From Craspedostauros australis (lineage: Eukaryota), in assembly GCA_030167865.1 (NCBI GenBank), contig JALAGF010003286.1:1-64000 (forward strand): DNA of 64,000 nucleotides, read 5' to 3'. A program made the translations under genes and the position numbers. Each line of letters opens with the position of its first letter. Within the stretch, counting starts at the first letter, position 1. The notes below the pieces were generated by a model. It saw nothing but the letters and a program-made list of their open reading frames with translations. It had not been told where the DNA came from and did not search any database. Shown piece after piece: positions 33,317-45,498 of this stretch.

Positions 33317-35876
33317 ATGGGAGGCAAAAAGAAATCGACATCGTCCAACAATGGACCATCGCAGACACAAGCACAGCAGCAGCAGCAGGGCAAGCCATAC
33401 CAGGTGATCGTGTCGCAGCGCTTCGTCGCCTGCACTCTGCTGGTCGCTGCTGCTCTGGCCTTCAGCACGGGACGTGTGCTCTGCACAGTTCTCCTGAAGC
33501 AGCAGCAGTTGCAGCCTCTGGATGGAACCACCGCACAGACGCAACTCTCACTCACGGAAAAGGTCGCCAACGATGACAACAGCCTCCCTCCGCCGCTCGT
33601 CAAGGGAGAGAAGATGGTGCCTGTCACGATCTACACCTCCAAGCACTTTGACACGGCAAAGGCAAAATCCACAGCCTCCCTCTTCCTGCAGAAGGACCAG
33701 CAGGTCAAGACCAAGAAGCCCATGATCGGAGAGGTGGTAACAGCACCCACGGCCGACACGGAGGCCCCGTCGGGCGCCAAGCACGTCAAGGCCGATGAGC
33801 CAAAAGCCGAGGAACCCACGGTCGTCACTTCCTTCACGCATGATCAGAACGCGACTGCCGTCACAGACGACGACGAGGCACACGACGACGAGGAGCACCT
33901 GCCTGCCGGACAGCATCTCCTCGCGGACATCGACAACGTCGAGATGGCGTTCCTCGATTCCAAAAAGCGCCTCGCGGATGCCATGGTCGAACTCGTCTAC
34001 GAATGCGGCCTCACCATGCTTTCCTACCATTGCCATCGCCTCACGCCGTCCGGTGTCTCGTGCGCCGGCGTCCTGCTCGAGTCCCACGTCAGCTTCCACA
34101 CGTGGCCCGAGGCCGGTGTCATCACGCTCGATCTATTCACGTGCGGATCCACCTCACTCCTCCCCATCGTCCCCATGGTCGAGCAGCTCTTCGCGTTGCA
34201 GCGCGAGAACACCGACGATCCACCGCGCATGGTCTGGAGTTACAAGCGTCGCGGATTTGCGGGATTCTCCAACATCAACAACGACAACAATGATTTCTTC
34301 AGTTACCCCGTCGGCATTCACGGAATGGGCGAGAAGCATGAGGTGCGTCATCCTTTTTGCTCTATTCTTTGTTCTACTGCGTGTTGATGACAACGAAATG
34401 CTCGTGTTTGACCATCATGCCATGCAATGCAATCGTGCAGACGAGTATCCAGCAGTCAACAGTCCGACGGCTGAAGAAATTGATCGTGGCATCATTGATT
34501 TGTCACATCAATCTCACATTGTCGCATGATTGGTATGTACGTACTTTGTTCAACACTGCTACTCCATTCCTGTTGCCTTTGCTTTAATGTTACAACCGCT
34601 CTACTCTGTGACAGATCACCGCATTCGAGACCGAGAAGGAACACACCCGCATCCGCATCTACGACGTCCTCCACGAGGAGAAGCAGAACTCCTTGGACCG
34701 TCAGGTGTACGTCAACGGCCGCCTCAAGTACTCTGACATGCAGCAGGCAGCCGCCCAGGAGAGCATGGTCCACCCGGCCATGCTCACCCACGCCAACCCA
34801 TCCCGCGTCGCTGTTGTCGGCGGTTCCGAAGGTGGCAGCATCCGCGAGGTCTTGAAGCACGCCCCCGTCGAAAAGGTCGTCCTCCTCGAGAAGGAACCGG
34901 AACTTGTCCGCCTGGCAAAGACGGAACTCGCCAGGTGGAACGACTGTTCCGACCTCGCCAACAGCAAGCCAACCTGCTTCGACGACCCGCGTGTCCAGCT
35001 CTTTTACGCCGACGCCACCAAGTGGTTCTCCCATACCACGGAGGAACCATTCGATGTCATCATCTTGGATGAACCCATCTACGACGCGGCCTTCCTGCAG
35101 CCCATCATGAATGCGCTCAAGGAGGATGGTCTCCTCGTCATGCACCTCTGCCCCAACGATGACGTCTCCGACTCGCAGCGTTCGCAAAAGCGCAAGATCG
35201 AGAATCATCTCGCTCTGCAGAAGGATGCCAAGGAACATGTCCTTGCTGCCGGATTCGCCGATTCGCGTTACTACGAAGAGGTAAGTGTTGTTGTTGTTGC
35301 TGCTGCTGCTGACATGACGCGAATGGTTTTGTACAATCCAAGGTTTATTCAGAACTCGACGTCTCCACATTTACATCCTAGTACAAATGATGTGCCGTAC
35401 CGTGCCCATCATCATTCTCAATCCTTCCGCTCACGAAAACTCTGGATCATCCATCTGTACTCTACCATTTTTCTCACCACTCCGTATTGCATTTGCTCGC
35501 ACAGGTCCACGGAGGATACGTCGATGCCAAGGGTTTCGTCGTCGCCTTCAAGAACGCTGCCAGCCTCGAGAACTGGAACCGCAACGAGGCGCAGGTTGAC
35601 CTGGAACTCACGCAGCGGGGAGTGCCAACTGTCTCGGGGGAGTCGCCATTCAAGTACTTTGACGGAACGACGATGAGAACCTACCAGGAGGCATCCGCAT
35701 GGAAGCCAGACGCTTCCAAGATGAAGCGACCTGAGATTCCTGTCCTGGAGAAGGCAGGAGGCGCAGCAACGCAGAGTTCCTACACAAAGTCGGAGAACAA
35801 CTCCGACTCCACTGGTGAGGAAGAATCTTGCGCCAACACCGCCCAGGTGGTGCATGAAACAGCCACTGAGGCGTGA
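33317..35876 (+). CDS. Fusion of prokaryote-type (SpeD-fold) S-adenosylmethionine decarboxylase and spermidine-synthase-like aminopropyltransferase, with N-terminal signal anchor; 3 exons, about 687 aa
   Basis: Exons 33317-34342, 34615-35280 and 35505-35876; both introns are phase-0 GT-AG. AdoMetDC: PAGQHLLADI...GVSCAGVLLESHVSFHTWPEAGVITLDLFTCG. Transferase: ESMVHPAMLTHANPSRVAVVGGSEGGSIREVLKH...WNDCS...FDVIILD...PFKYFDGTTM. Confidence 0.9.
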
Positions 35877-36200
35877 ACAACGCAATCACATGCAACATAT
35901 AATAGTACCATGCTCCACAACTCACAATACTTGGAGTGGAGCAAGAGGACATCACAGTGCGGTGCAGCACAACATGCCGGACCAGAATAAACCAGAAAGC
36001 GTCAATCGGGAACGAGTCCTCGCATACTCGTAACCCCAGACACAAGCATGCGCACGCACACATACTCACGCGAAGTCAAAGAAAGAATAAAACACATAAA
36101 CAGAAAGACAAGGACAAAGAATAAATTAAAGACGCAGTGGCAATAGTTTCTGTGTGTGGAGTACGGGCACTCCACTCGTGAGCGTCGCCCAACCCCATCG

Positions 36201-37934
36201 TCAGGCTGTCACGGCATTTCCCTTCAATGAATCCATCCTGGCTGCGCCAATCTCATGGACATGATCCAGCACCTCCTGTTTGTAGCTTGCGTCCTTCACC
36301 ATTTCACGCAACGCATGCCACGCCACGAGATAGTCGACATCGTTATCTCCATCATCACCATCATCTTCCGTCAGCAACAACTCCGCTGCGTCGCGTGCAT
36401 CCATCCGCTGCAACGCGTTTCTTGAGGCATCATCATCGTACTGCTTCGTCGCATCACGATCCTCATCCATCCGAATGTAGTCCATGAACTGCTGGTCGAT
36501 GTGATCCTTCAGTTGCATCACCCACTTTCCGTGCAATGGAATTCCGAATCGAAATCCCAACGCCTTGCCATCGCCGCAGACCAGCAGCTTCAGGAAGTCT
36601 GTCTGCGGTTCATACGACTGCAATGTCGTTGTTGCGGACGACGTCGTGCAGGCTTGCATCAAATTGTGGCTCAACACTGGCCCCGCACGCACGGCGTAAA
36701 CACCCGCTTTGGGAGGCGCGTCACCATCGACAATGTGGCAGCAATCACCCGCGGCGAACACGTTGGGATGCGACGTCGACTGCAGGGCCGACGTGACCTT
36801 GATCCATCCGCGGTCTGTGCACTCCAGCGGATGCAGCTCCAGATCGTGCGCCTCGGCACCCGTCGACCAGACGCAATGCGTGTAAGCGATACTGTCTTGG
36901 TTCGTCGCTATGACGGCGTCTTGCGTCACCTCTTGGACGGTGCAATTGTGAATAACGTGGATATTACGTTGCTGCAGGAGGGATTGCAACTTCCAGCGGC
37001 ACCAATCGGTTTCTTCTGTGAGCAACTGCATATCTTGATTGAGCAACGTGATTTTGAGATCGGCATTCAAGTCTTTCCAGCGTCCGTAGATGCTCATGGA
37101 CAATTCGATTCCAGCAGCACCAGCTCCGATGATGACGACGTGGATTGGGCGGGGTTGGAGCTCGATGTCCTGTGTCCAACGTTGAAACTGTCGCACCAGG
37201 TTGGAAATGGGACGTGTTGGCAACGTGTATTGCTTGGCGCCGGGTATCGTCCTCCACCCGCGAGACGTGGAACCAATATCCAGCGACAATACATCGAATG
37301 GAATGGTTTGGGTTTGATCCTTGGGTGTTGACTGCAGCAGATACCTGGTTTCATCGGAGGATATCGTCGGATCGTCGTTCTCACCGTTGCTGTTTTCGCC
37401 GCTTCTCCTCGCGACGTCCTGCGGCACGATGTGAAGCACCTGCTGCTTCAGATCGATGTCCACGACCGTTGCCTGATGGAAATGATCGAGATGCTTGGCC
37501 AGTGGCGCCAATTCCAATAACGTCTCTTGCGGCGTGTAGATGTCGGCAATGCAACCGGGGACCATGCCCGAATAGCTGGCGGCCATTTGACGATCGATGA
37601 GCGTGACATGGATCGATTCCGGTCTGTGCTTGAGGGCCTTGATGACCTGGGCGTGTGCGTGGCCGCCACCTACCAGAACAAGCCTCTTTTGGGCCGTGTT
37701 CTGATCCTCGCCATCTGCTGCAACTGCGGCTGCTGCCGTGGTGGATGTGAATGTGGAGCTCATCCTTCGGTTTTGCTGCAGTGGCACTGTTCGTGGTTGG
37801 AAGAACGATGGCGATGACAATGGCACGAAGGAACAGACAGTGGCAGTTGGAAGGCAGCAGAGTGCCAAGTAACTTGCCAACACCGATGGCTTTCTTCGCA
37901 GACTCAGACCCTTCTTCAGCGTCATCAACATCAT
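36201..37934 (-). CDS. FAD/NAD(P)-dependent pyridine nucleotide-disulfide oxidoreductase resembling the N-terminal module of long-form bacterial SelD; predicted plastid-targeted
   Basis: RLVLVGGGHAHAQVI, YSGMVPG, FDVLSLDIGS, VVIIGAGAAGIEL, LQSTSHPNVFAAGDC, PKAGVYAVRAGPVL and LKDHIDQQFM. Presequence with hydrophobic core and VCS-FVP cleavage motif. Confidence 0.85.
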   Translation of the reverse strand: MMLMTLKKGLSLRRKPSVLASYLALCCLPTATVCSFVPLSSPSFFQPRTVPLQQNRRMSSTFTSTTAAAAVAADGEDQNTAQKRLVLVGGGHAHAQVIKALKHRPESIHVTLIDRQMAASYSGMVPGCIADIYTPQETLLELAPLAKHLDHFHQATVVDIDLKQQVLHIVPQDVARRSGENSNGENDDPTISSDETRYLLQSTPKDQTQTIPFDVLSLDIGSTSRGWRTIPGAKQYTLPTRPISNLVRQFQRWTQDIELQPRPIHVVIIGAGAAGIELSMSIYGRWKDLNADLKITLLNQDMQLLTEETDWCRWKLQSLLQQRNIHVIHNCTVQEVTQDAVIATNQDSIAYTHCVWSTGAEAHDLELHPLECTDRGWIKVTSALQSTSHPNVFAAGDCCHIVDGDAPPKAGVYAVRAGPVLSHNLMQACTTSSATTTLQSYEPQTDFLKLLVCGDGKALGFRFGIPLHGKWVMQLKDHIDQQFMDYIRMDEDRDATKQYDDDASRNALQRMDARDAAELLLTEDDGDDGDNDVDYLVAWHALREMVKDASYKQEVLDHVHEIGAARMDSLKGNAVTA

Positions 37935-39197
37935 CAGCAAGCGATTGTATGTTCGAGTATGTCGCGCAGCAGCTTGATGGCTCGGTTTGGACTTGATTGA
38001 GTTTGATGCTGGTCCAGCGTTCCGCTGGTTTGCTGGAATTGTGCCAACTCCTCCCGAGCAGCCTTTGGAGTGACGCGAACCGAACAGTTGCCGATGATGA
38101 TGTGGGGAGCAGGCGGAGAATTGTTCGTTGGCACTTTCCCTTCATCTTTCTCTGTGCGTGGTGTGCCGCACATCTTTGATGTCTTTTCTCTTTCGTTGCG
38201 TTGGTCTCATTCCCATTTTTGGTCGTGTTGATGTGTGTGACGTCACTGGCCTACTAGTCGTGAATAATCACATCCGTCCATTCGAGTCATGTTTGGAGAA
38301 ACGCATGTGACTCATTCGACCATATGTCATCGTGACAACAACAGCCAACCATCGGAGAGTCAGAGTTGCCTGACGAAAGCGATTTGATGTCAAAGAGGCG
38401 TCACGATACGTCACGAACACTGTGATTCCTTGGCCGCAGCTGGTTGTGTTGACGCAGAGTTGCGCGCGAAGAGAGTACCACATGTACTTGTGCACGTGGA
38501 CGCAGTGACAAATAGCCCCCCAAAACGAAAATGCATGTCGACACGTCCGCAAAGTCATGTGTTCCACGTTTTCGCCATCACCAATCACGTTGTTTGCGTG
38601 GTTGGTATCTTCGGGAGTTTTGATGCTTTCGCGTGGCTGAGGCGTGGTGCATCTTTGGGAATGTGTCACAGCCCAAGGCACCAACAGGAGCCAACCAAAC
38701 CGTGTGGAGAAGGCCGAAAGCACGGAAGAAAGCAATGGCCTCTCTCTCTGTGCGCGTCGCGTCGCGTGGTTCGCACATGACGCAGGCAAAGACGCAGAGA
38801 GAACAGGCAAGAGCGGAAACATGTGGGAATGACACGGTGACAAGGGGGGCGAAGAAAAGTGATAGGCAGCGTGCAACTGCAACAAAGGGGAACCCTTAGG
38901 TTGTCAGGTGAGATCGTCCTCCCTTGGATACAGATGCAACACGCAACATCCTTCTTTGAGGATCCACATCGAACTTTCCGCCCATCCTCGCACTCACACT
39001 CGTACTTGCACTTGCATTCCTGTTGGCGGTCGCAATCACAACCACAGAACCACACAACACTTGCAATTCCACCAACACAGCTCACAATCTTCACAGAACA
39101 ACATCCGTCAACCCATTCACATTCATACAAACACGCATTCGTAGTACCACCTCCATTCTCTACACACATCCACACACATTCACACACACATTCCATC

Positions 39198-40001
39198 ATG
39201 AAGACCATCTCCAGCATCACACAGTCGGCCGTGACCATGGCGCTCATCGCCACGACCGCCACCACGCAGGCATTCAGCGTCCCAGATTCGTTCCATCTGG
39301 CGCAGTCCACCATCGCATCTGCCTCCGCAGCCATGCCGCACATCGACCTCCTCACCACGTACAAGCAGACCCTCGCACAGCACCCGCTCCCAACCAAGAT
39401 GATGACCGGTGCCACTCTGGCCGTCGCCGGCGACGCCATCGCCCAGTCCAAGGACAAGGCCAGCCCGTACGATAAGCCACGCGCGGCGTCCTTCGCCGTG
39501 TTTGACATGGCCTACAGAGCCCTGCAGCATGCCGCCTTCCCCATCATCGTGGCCTCTTGCCACGGCCAGTACATCGACTCCCTCCTTCCATTCCTCCACA
39601 GCTCGGACGCCAACAGTCTCCTCTCCATGAACCAGCTGGCCGCCATCGAACAGACGCTGGCATCGCAGCTCGGTATCGTCCCATTCCTCTACTACCCCGC
39701 CTTCTTCACGCTCACCGGTGCCATCCAGGGACTCGACGCCGAGGCCGCATGGGTGCGCGCCAAGGAGAACTTCGTCCCGTTGATGCAGCGCAATCTCCTG
39801 TTCTGGCTGCCAGTGCAGTTCGTCCAGTTCGGTTACATCCAGGAAGATCTGCAGATCCCGTTCCTGTCGGTGTGCGGCCTGGCATGGACCTTCATCATTT
39901 CTGTCGCGGCCGGATCCACCAAGAATTACTCGCCAAAGACGGAGGAAGATGCCAGCGAGAAGCTCTCCAACACATCCGCGTCCACCGTTGTCGCCAGATA
40001 G
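39198..40001 (+). CDS. Mpv17/PMP22 family membrane protein with bipartite plastid-type presequence
   Basis: YKQTLAQHPLPTKMMTGATLAVAGDAIAQ...YDKPRAASF...NLLFWLPVQFVQFGYIQEDLQIPFLSVCGLAWTFIIS. Presequence ...TTQA-FSVP. Confidence 0.9.
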   Translation: MKTISSITQSAVTMALIATTATTQAFSVPDSFHLAQSTIASASAAMPHIDLLTTYKQTLAQHPLPTKMMTGATLAVAGDAIAQSKDKASPYDKPRAASFAVFDMAYRALQHAAFPIIVASCHGQYIDSLLPFLHSSDANSLLSMNQLAAIEQTLASQLGIVPFLYYPAFFTLTGAIQGLDAEAAWVRAKENFVPLMQRNLLFWLPVQFVQFGYIQEDLQIPFLSVCGLAWTFIISVAAGSTKNYSPKTEEDASEKLSNTSASTVVAR

Positions 40002-40832
40002 CTTCTTTCACTAATAACGACAACCTGACATGGCAATATGCAGTCATTGCCCACCTTCCGACAATCCCAAACACATCAATCAACACCAAGCAAGTGCACA
40101 TACTACACCATAATACACTACTACGAACAAGCACATCATCTTAAACACCAATGTATACAAGCTAACTAGCACAACCAACAGCGCGGTGTATTGTATTATA
40201 GAATACCATAATAACATACTATCACCATTACTCTAATTCCCCCAATACCAACCACAGTGCTTTCCACAATCCCAATTCCCAAACGCGATGCCATTGACCG
40301 TGCCCACAGCCGCAGAAGAACAAAAGCAAGCAGGCAGCGTGGGAGTCTTCAGCCTGCCATCAACTTGACCACCAAAACAAGCTTGCCTTGGACAGGCGCA
40401 TTGGTTGCCTTCTCTTGATGGCCATGGAGATGCTGCCGATGGTGTAATTGCACACGTGCAATTGCGCTCTCTCTCTGTTGTGGCAGGGCCCCTTGTGGAG
40501 TCACAAGTCTGAGATTCGCATTGCGCAGATCGTGGTTGACATCTTGGACGGTTTGGCATTTCCCGCTGGGTCTCTTTCTCTCTAGACAGAGATGGAGAGT
40601 TAGTCCATTCCCGAATAATCGTGAATCAAATAGTCGTCAACGGTCCAACACAAAAGATGCCAAACCCAAACCCAAACCAAAGTGTGCCAACAAGACAACA
40701 CAAAGTCCATCATCCGCAACTCTCATCACATCGATGCCCAAGAGCAACGACACAAAAGGACACGCACATATCATACACACTCACATATCATACACACGCA
40801 CACGCACGTCCATAGCCAACCCAAGTTCAGCC

Positions 40833-42411
40833 ATGTCGGACACCGTCAAGAAGAACGAAGATGGCGCGCCGGCATCTTCCAACTACGCCATGAGATCGCA
40901 CAGCGCGAGGGTGATCGGTGAAGATATCTACGTCTCGGACGGATCAGAAAGCGACGAGGATGACATGGCCGTGATCCATGCCGAGGAGTCCGACCTGCTG
41001 GCCGACAAGGCGCCCTTCGAGATCGTCCTGACGGGTTCCATGATGGGTTTGATGAAGCGCGGCATCCATCGTTCGGCGCTCGTGCAGCCCAACCGCCAAT
41101 GGTCGCGTCAGATCAAGGTCGAAGCGCCTGCGAGCGGCGAAGCCAGCGGCGAGGCCAACGAGGACGGCAAGGAGGAGGCCAAGGACGAGATCCCCGATGA
41201 CGAGACGCCGGCGCAACGGGCGGCGCGGTTGCTGGCCGAGAAGCAGCGCAAGCTGGAGGAGGCCAAGGTCAATGCCCGGCGCACGGAGAGCGAGGAGAAT
41301 GCGGGCCGCGATGCCTGTCTCTTCTCCAAGCGCACTGCGTTCGATATTCGGTTCGATCAGATTGAGGACAAGCCTTGGGTTCGTGGAGCGGGGGAACTGA
41401 CGGACTTTTTCAATTACTCTCTCTCGGAGGTGCGTGTTGGTACTGTTGGTTCTGCGGTTTTGGGGCGTTGGCTCGTTGTTCCTTCTTCGTCTCCATCTTC
41501 ATCTTCTTTCAATCGCACTTCACATCAGCTGCAGTGGTGATCTTCGTTCCCCATTCATCTCTCACCTTCCGTCTCTCACTTGCCCTCTCTTTCTGTTTTT
41601 TTTTCTCTCCCTCAACGATCTCATGCCACCATACTCGCAGGAGGACTGGTTGGAGTATTCGGAACAGCAGCTGGCCATTCGGCAGGAGCTCACGGATGCC
41701 AGCCGGCAGAAGCGTCCTGCCGATCCCAACATAGTGCCGGTCACACCCAGAGCACCGCGCAAGCAGGCTCCCAGAGTTGCAGTCACTTCCACATCCGATG
41801 ACGATTCCAAGAAGGACGACGCCGAAGGCAGTACGGCAACAGCGGATGAACCGTCCGACGATGCCGCCATGAGCGGGCCCGTCCTGGCACCCAACCCACC
41901 ACCGAATCAAATCCGCATGAAATCGGAACACAATCAAGCGGGCAGCGCCGCGCAATCCGATGCCGGAGGTGCCTGGGGTGCTGGCATCGTTCCAGGGTCC
42001 AAACTGGCGCAGCTGCTGCAACAGCAGTCACCTGGTGGTGGTTGGAATCGGAATCCCCCGCCGCCACCGCAGCCACAGCAACAACAACAGCAACATAATT
42101 CGCATGAATACTATCCGCCACCGCCGTCGCATTCGCAACATCATCAACAACACAATCAGCAGCATCAATATCAGCAGAATCAGCACCAGCAACAACAGCA
42201 TCAGTCGCAATACTCCAATGATCGACACGGAGGCGGTCGGCACTACCCATCTTCACGCGGTGGGTTCCAAGGAGGACGAGGTTACGGCGGTGGCGGGCCA
42301 CCACATTCTCATGGTGGACCGCCACCTCCACCACCTCATCGGGGCAGTCAGCAAGGTGGTCGAGGCTATGGTCGTGGCGGTGGTGGTGGACGCAAACGTT
42401 CGAGGTGGTAG
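40833..42411 (+). CDS. FIP1: Pre-mRNA 3'-end processing factor FIP1-like, 2 exons, about 455 aa
   Basis: Exons 40833-41429 and 41641-42411. The spliced Fip1 motif reads FDIRFDQIEDKPWVRGAGELTDFFNYSLSE|EDWLEYSEQQ. C-terminal Pro/Gln and RGG-rich tail. Confidence 0.88.
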
Positions 42412-43603
42412 GCGTCTATATCATGATCTGGTGGATATGCCCATTCCGTTTCAGACTTCTTTGGGTCGAGACTCAAGTGCATAGCACGCCCTATTTTCGA
42501 TTCACAGCATGTCCATTCACCGTGAAGCATTCATCGGTGCATATTCATGAGATATTGAAACGGTGACGGTAGTTGGATGTAAGATCAGATCCAATGTGTT
42601 GAATGTGCGGCTTGTGACCGCTGTGTTCTGCTTTTTCAGTTCGCTGGTTGCCCCTTCGAGGGCTTGTTGTGATGAGCCCCGTTGGACCTGCACTTTGTTA
42701 TTGGCCTCCAGAAAGTTTATCTCGGACTTCCAAATGAAGCACGTGAGGAAAATAAAGGACTCGTGAGTCCGTTCAGCGCTATGTGCTTGACATTTTTGTT
42801 GAAGCGTAAGTGGTAGAGACCACGACCGATGCAAGGCCTTGTGCCCATAAAATCTTGTTGCCTCCATTGGATGGCAAGCAGCACGTTCCGCCACCTTCAA
42901 CAGACAAGCTCTTGCCTCCTGTGCTCAGAGGCGTGTGACCTTCGACAACGAGTGCGACGTTGAGATTCTTACCAACGACGAACAGAATTGCACACTCCAG
43001 CAAAAACGCAACGACCACAACATTACCCAACCACCTACGAACGCAAACAATACTGACGCAGAGATTGTGCCTCCACAACAGACAACAGCAGAAGAGGAGG
43101 AAATCACGTTGCAACAAGAAGAAAACGAAACATCGGAGCGAATTGCGTACGAGACACAAGCCATGAAGGAAGATACGGAATCTCCTGAGATGGGTGGAAC
43201 AAAATGTGAGGACACAGTTGCTGCAACAAGTCAGACCTGCAATGGAGGGACTAACACAATAAATTCGCTCTGAAATTGACATCGACAATCCTGCTTTTGG
43301 CGATGACAACCAAGACACCGAATCTGGCCGTAGCGCGCTAGTCGTGTCTAGATGAGCGCAAAATTGAGGGGTCCATAAAGATTAAAATAAGACCTTAGAG
43401 CAAAACCGACGTCATCTATGCATCTTTTTGTTTTATATAGTTTGTGAATATGTGAGTGGTTTGGTCGAAAACCCGTATGTTGCCACCCCTCCAGGACCGA
43501 CTGCAGGTCCCGTCACACAACCGGATCATAGGCACTCGGCCATGCGTTGTGAGGCACGAAGAACTCATTAGAGTCAAGTCGAGCGTTCCATTGAAGAGCA
43601 CAT

Positions 43604-45498
43604 CTACAAGTACGTTGGATTGCAAAATGTATGCATCGTTGACGGCATGATGCGTGCTTGGATGGGACCTGGCTCCACGACTTCGCCATCCAGATCGTTG
43701 TACGAATCTGTTTTAGTGGGTTCCAAGCGGTACGCGTAGCACTTGACCCACTCCACTTTATCCATGTTGGCATGCGAGCCATCGTCCAGACCGATCAAGA
43801 TGCGCGCCAAACGGTACCGCGAGACCGGCCCGCGCACGATGAGGATGTTGAAGAAGCCTTCTTGCAGTTTGACGTGCGGCGCGTGATGCGTCTTCTCAGC
43901 GGCGTGCGAGACATGCGTCGCCCAGAACATGACGAATGGCCCTTCCATCGTTTGCCATGTGGATGGAACCGGTTCCGAAAGCGGCGGCAGGATCGAATCA
44001 TTGATCTTGGGCGTGTCGCCGCTGTTTGCCTCTGGCACTGGAAGGTAGGAGAATTTGGCATCGTGAGTGCGATTGACGATAGTCAGACGGGCACCCCAAA
44101 GATCGAATCTGAGCTTGCCAAGGTAATGCAGCTTCTCCGAATCAATGTCGATGTTGGCAATGATGGCCCACGACAAGGTGAGATGGGAAAGATACTGCTG
44201 AGTTTGTGTCTCGTAATGCGACATGTCCAACGCGCATGTTCGGCCCTTGCAGATCATGAACATGGCATCAACTGGAGAGCAGAGCTCCTGTGACGCACGT
44301 ATGTAAACGAGTGGGAATCGCGCAGTGCGTGTTTGGCAATGCAGGTTGGTGATACAATTGAAATGACGTGAGTGAAAGATTCGAGGTCTGCCTTTGATGG
44401 ATTTGCAAGACGGTACCTGCAACGAAAGCAACGCAATCCCTTCAGGCGCACGCAAATACTCACCCCACTCGCCACCGCTATGGACATGGCGAGACCGTTG
44501 GCGCTGCCGCAGGGAATGACACCGAATCGCAGCCGATGCAGCAGGTCTTGCGCATCGGGACGTGTGCGAAGACCTTGCATCATTTCGTGGAACACACCGT
44601 CTCCACCGACGGTGAGCACGGCTGCGTACTTGGACAAGTCCTTGGAATCATCGGTGACAGCCGCGGCGTATTCGGCAGCATGGTTGGCGTGGGTCGTGAC
44701 GAGGACATCATGCTCCAGGCTGGCCTGCTCGAGCATGGGGACGATGGTGTCATCGCACACCCGCTTGCCGTTCTTTTTGGGCCCGGACATGGGATTGACG
44801 ATGATGAGGTACGTTTCATTTTGGCGAGGTGCGGCAGATTCCGCACGATACGGCCGCGCCAATGTATTCAACGCTGTGGCAAGGCGTGCCACGCACCCCA
44901 TGTCTTCCAACGGTGCGATGGGGAACGCGCGGAAGAACGCATGTCGATTTTTTAGCTTCGATGGCGATGTGGCGACGGTGGCATGAGGCTGGGTGGATGC
45001 AGACGAACCCGATGTCGACCCGTTCGGCGTTGGTTTGTAGACGGTGGCTCCGCACCAGTTCATGAGCGACATCTTGGACGGGTCGAGCTTTGGATACACG
45101 AAGATGGAGAGGTTGGCGTGGCCTCTCGTGTCGCTGAGCAGCGCGGTGTTTGGTTCATTGGAGACCTGAGATGGCGACAGCGGTGCAACTTCATCTTTGT
45201 TGGTGTTGGTAGTGGGCGTGTTCATTTCAATCTCCACCTTGCTACCGATCATGTCGAAGATGGAGAAGGAATCCAGGACCATGCCCGCATCGGCTCCATC
45301 GCCTTCCTCGCGCAGCAACACTTGAATGACTTTCTGATCTGGATCGTAGTGAAGAACGCAGTGCGATCCATCTTTTTGAAATCGTTCCTTGCCGTACTGC
45401 TCGATGTACATGCGCGGAATCAGGAGCCTGGTTGCATTCGCGTCTTGCGTCGGCCATTGGAACCCATCCAGAGCCAACGCTGGTGCGGATGACGCCAT
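43604..45498 (-). CDS. Sphingosine kinase / DAGK catalytic-domain lipid kinase, 2 exons, about 572 aa
   Basis: Exons 45498-44464 and 44287-43604. Motifs LIIVNPMSG, TTHANHA, VLTVGGDGVFHEMMQGL, GVIPCGSANGLA, LSWAIIANIDIDSEKLHYLGKLRF and DLDGEVV. Confidence 0.9.

Noticed and set aside
34384-34474. TGATGA...CTGA pair about 90 nt apart in intron 1 of the polyamine fusion gene (possible C/D snoRNA)
   Set aside because: No convincing terminal stem or rRNA-complementary guide was recognised, and such boxes arise often by chance.
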